64,000 bases of DNA, from the NCBI RefSeq assembly GCF_006345805.1, contig NC_043003.1, positions 89,776,001 to 89,840,000 on the forward strand. Reading direction: 5' to 3'. The notes beneath the pieces were generated by a model. That model was not told the DNA's origin. It searched no databases and saw nothing but the letters and a program-made list of their open reading frames with translations. Positions 62,365 through 64,000 of this stretch are shown here, one piece after another. Source of the stretch: Octopus sinensis (taxonomy: Eukaryota). The position numbers and the translations under genes are program-made. How positions within the stretch are numbered: the stretch's first letter is position 1; every line of letters starts with the position of its first letter.

Positions 62365-62738
62365 CCTCCTTCTTCCCTTTTTTCCTGAGCGCCTAATAAT
62401 ACTTTAATTGTTCCACCTCCTCGCATTGTTGTCTTTTTTGTTTTCTTGTTTGGATTAACTTTATATATATATACATATACATACAGCCACATGTGTACGT
62501 GTGTGTGTGCATAGATAGCCAGACAGACAAACAAACAGATAAATGTATACAAACATACATACAAAGGCACACATACATATTTATATATGTATATATACAT
62601 ATATATAGATACACACACATGTAGTGTATATATAAGTATGTTTGCAGTACTATGGTCTTCAATAAATATTCTCTGGTGAGCAGAGAATGGGGTGGAGGGT
62701 GTCTTTGAGATTAATGCCAAGCATGTGTGCCCTTAGCG

Positions 62739-64000
62739 CAGTGTTTCCCAAACTTTTCACGCCAAATTGCAATATCAGCCAGAAAATTCTCCATCGCCCA
62801 CCTGTGTAAATGAAAAATCCCTGACACAACCACCCCCGACACAAAATCTTGTATCATTTGACACACACATTATATTGTAGACTCGTTGCCCTGTTAGTGC
62901 CGTTTGTAATAAATATGCAGTTGTTTACAAATCCCTTATTGTGGGTTTAGTTTTGCCATTAGTGTGAATAAAATTCTAACGTTAACTCTGTATTATGCAG
63001 ATAGATTAACTTCTGGAAACTTGTGCTTTCATTTTCCCCAAATGAACCATTGATCAGAACTACGGATGCAAACATAATTAATGATTGTATTATAAAGGAA
63101 AAGAATACAACTTTTTAATGAGAACCACATGTCTGGTGCAATTGCAGCTAGTGCAGATAGATTCGGTTTCAAACTTGTCAACTGCAGCCGCAAGTCTCCT
63201 CATTGTGTCACATCCAGTTCAATTCTTTTTTGGGAAAGTAAAGTTCCAACATGGTTAAAACCAGATTCAACCAGGGATGAGGTAGGGAGGGCAAGCAAAA
63301 GTAATTTCAGATGTTTCCACAGACTGGGATAGAAATTCAGTATTCTCTGATGATACTACAAACCTTCTTTGCCATTATGACGATATCACAGTGTGGCGTC
63401 ATTGTCATTTTGTAATTCTTTCAATTCCTACTGAACGTCATTCTCACAATCGACTGTATCGACCTCAAATGGATTGCTATACCAGTTTGGAATATTCAGC
63501 ACAATAACATCTTGAAATTGCTCCACCAAGTTATCGTGCAGTGATTGTAAATAGTTGCATATATAGTTAAATCCATATCAACCAATTCATCTTTCAAAGA
63601 AAAGTTGTGGAAATTGATGGAATTGACATTTTGAAATGTTAGTCTTATACAACATAAATTTCGAAATGAAGGTGATGATAAATGATTTACAATCAACGAG
63701 TATTTTTCTGTTTCCTTGCAATAACTTATTCAAATCTTGTGTTTATATCACAACGAAAAAAGACATAGCACCTTGCAGCCATCAATGAAGTGGATAGTGG
63801 AGTATATTCAAAGAAAGATTTGATTATATGAAATGGTTCAACAAACCATAAAACACAGTTTACTTTTGACAGCCACCACACTTTGGCATGGTATAAAAGT
63901 TTAGTATAGTCCTCATAATTTCTCAGACAGAGTTGACAGAAAAGTTGATCAGACAAGGGACTGGACTTCAATTTGTTCACAGTCTTGATAACTAAATGTA
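62739..64000 (-). mobile_element. Second Buster-type hAT transposon remnant, running off the window
   Basis: Terminus cagtgtttcccaaac. Remnants NKLKSSPLSDQLFCQLC..WLSK and LALPTSSLVESGFNHV. Confidence 0.85.

Overview
AT-rich, microsatellite-saturated animal DNA. The repeat repertoire ((GAT)n-tailed RTE LINEs, tRNA-SINEs, Penelope-like elements) is typical of an octopus/coleoid cephalopod genome; this assignment is inferred. Only three host exons are recognisable. (1) A DLG5-like MAGUK last exon on the minus strand (1540-1643). (2) An unidentified plus-strand terminal exon (49773-49869). (3) The CARD-encoding first coding exon of a DLG5-like gene on the plus strand (51510-51792), followed by more than 12 kb of intron. 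The DLG5 head and tail point away from each other across a 100-N gap with no internal exons found between them, which suggests a mis-oriented contig. Most of the rest is nested transposable elements: two near-full-length convergent RTE LINEs, many RTE fragments, gypsy, Penelope, Tc1, mariner, hAT-Buster, MITEs and foldbacks. The main novel candidates are: (a) both full-length RTEs have tandem 5' monomers and a putative retained spliceosomal intron that joins a short ATG exon to ORF2, plus a PHD-type finger inside the RT; (b) five hammerhead-ribozyme motifs, two of them with a conserved large helix-II extension; (c) an unexplained multi-hairpin cassette present in two covarying copies. All alignments and folds were done by eye.
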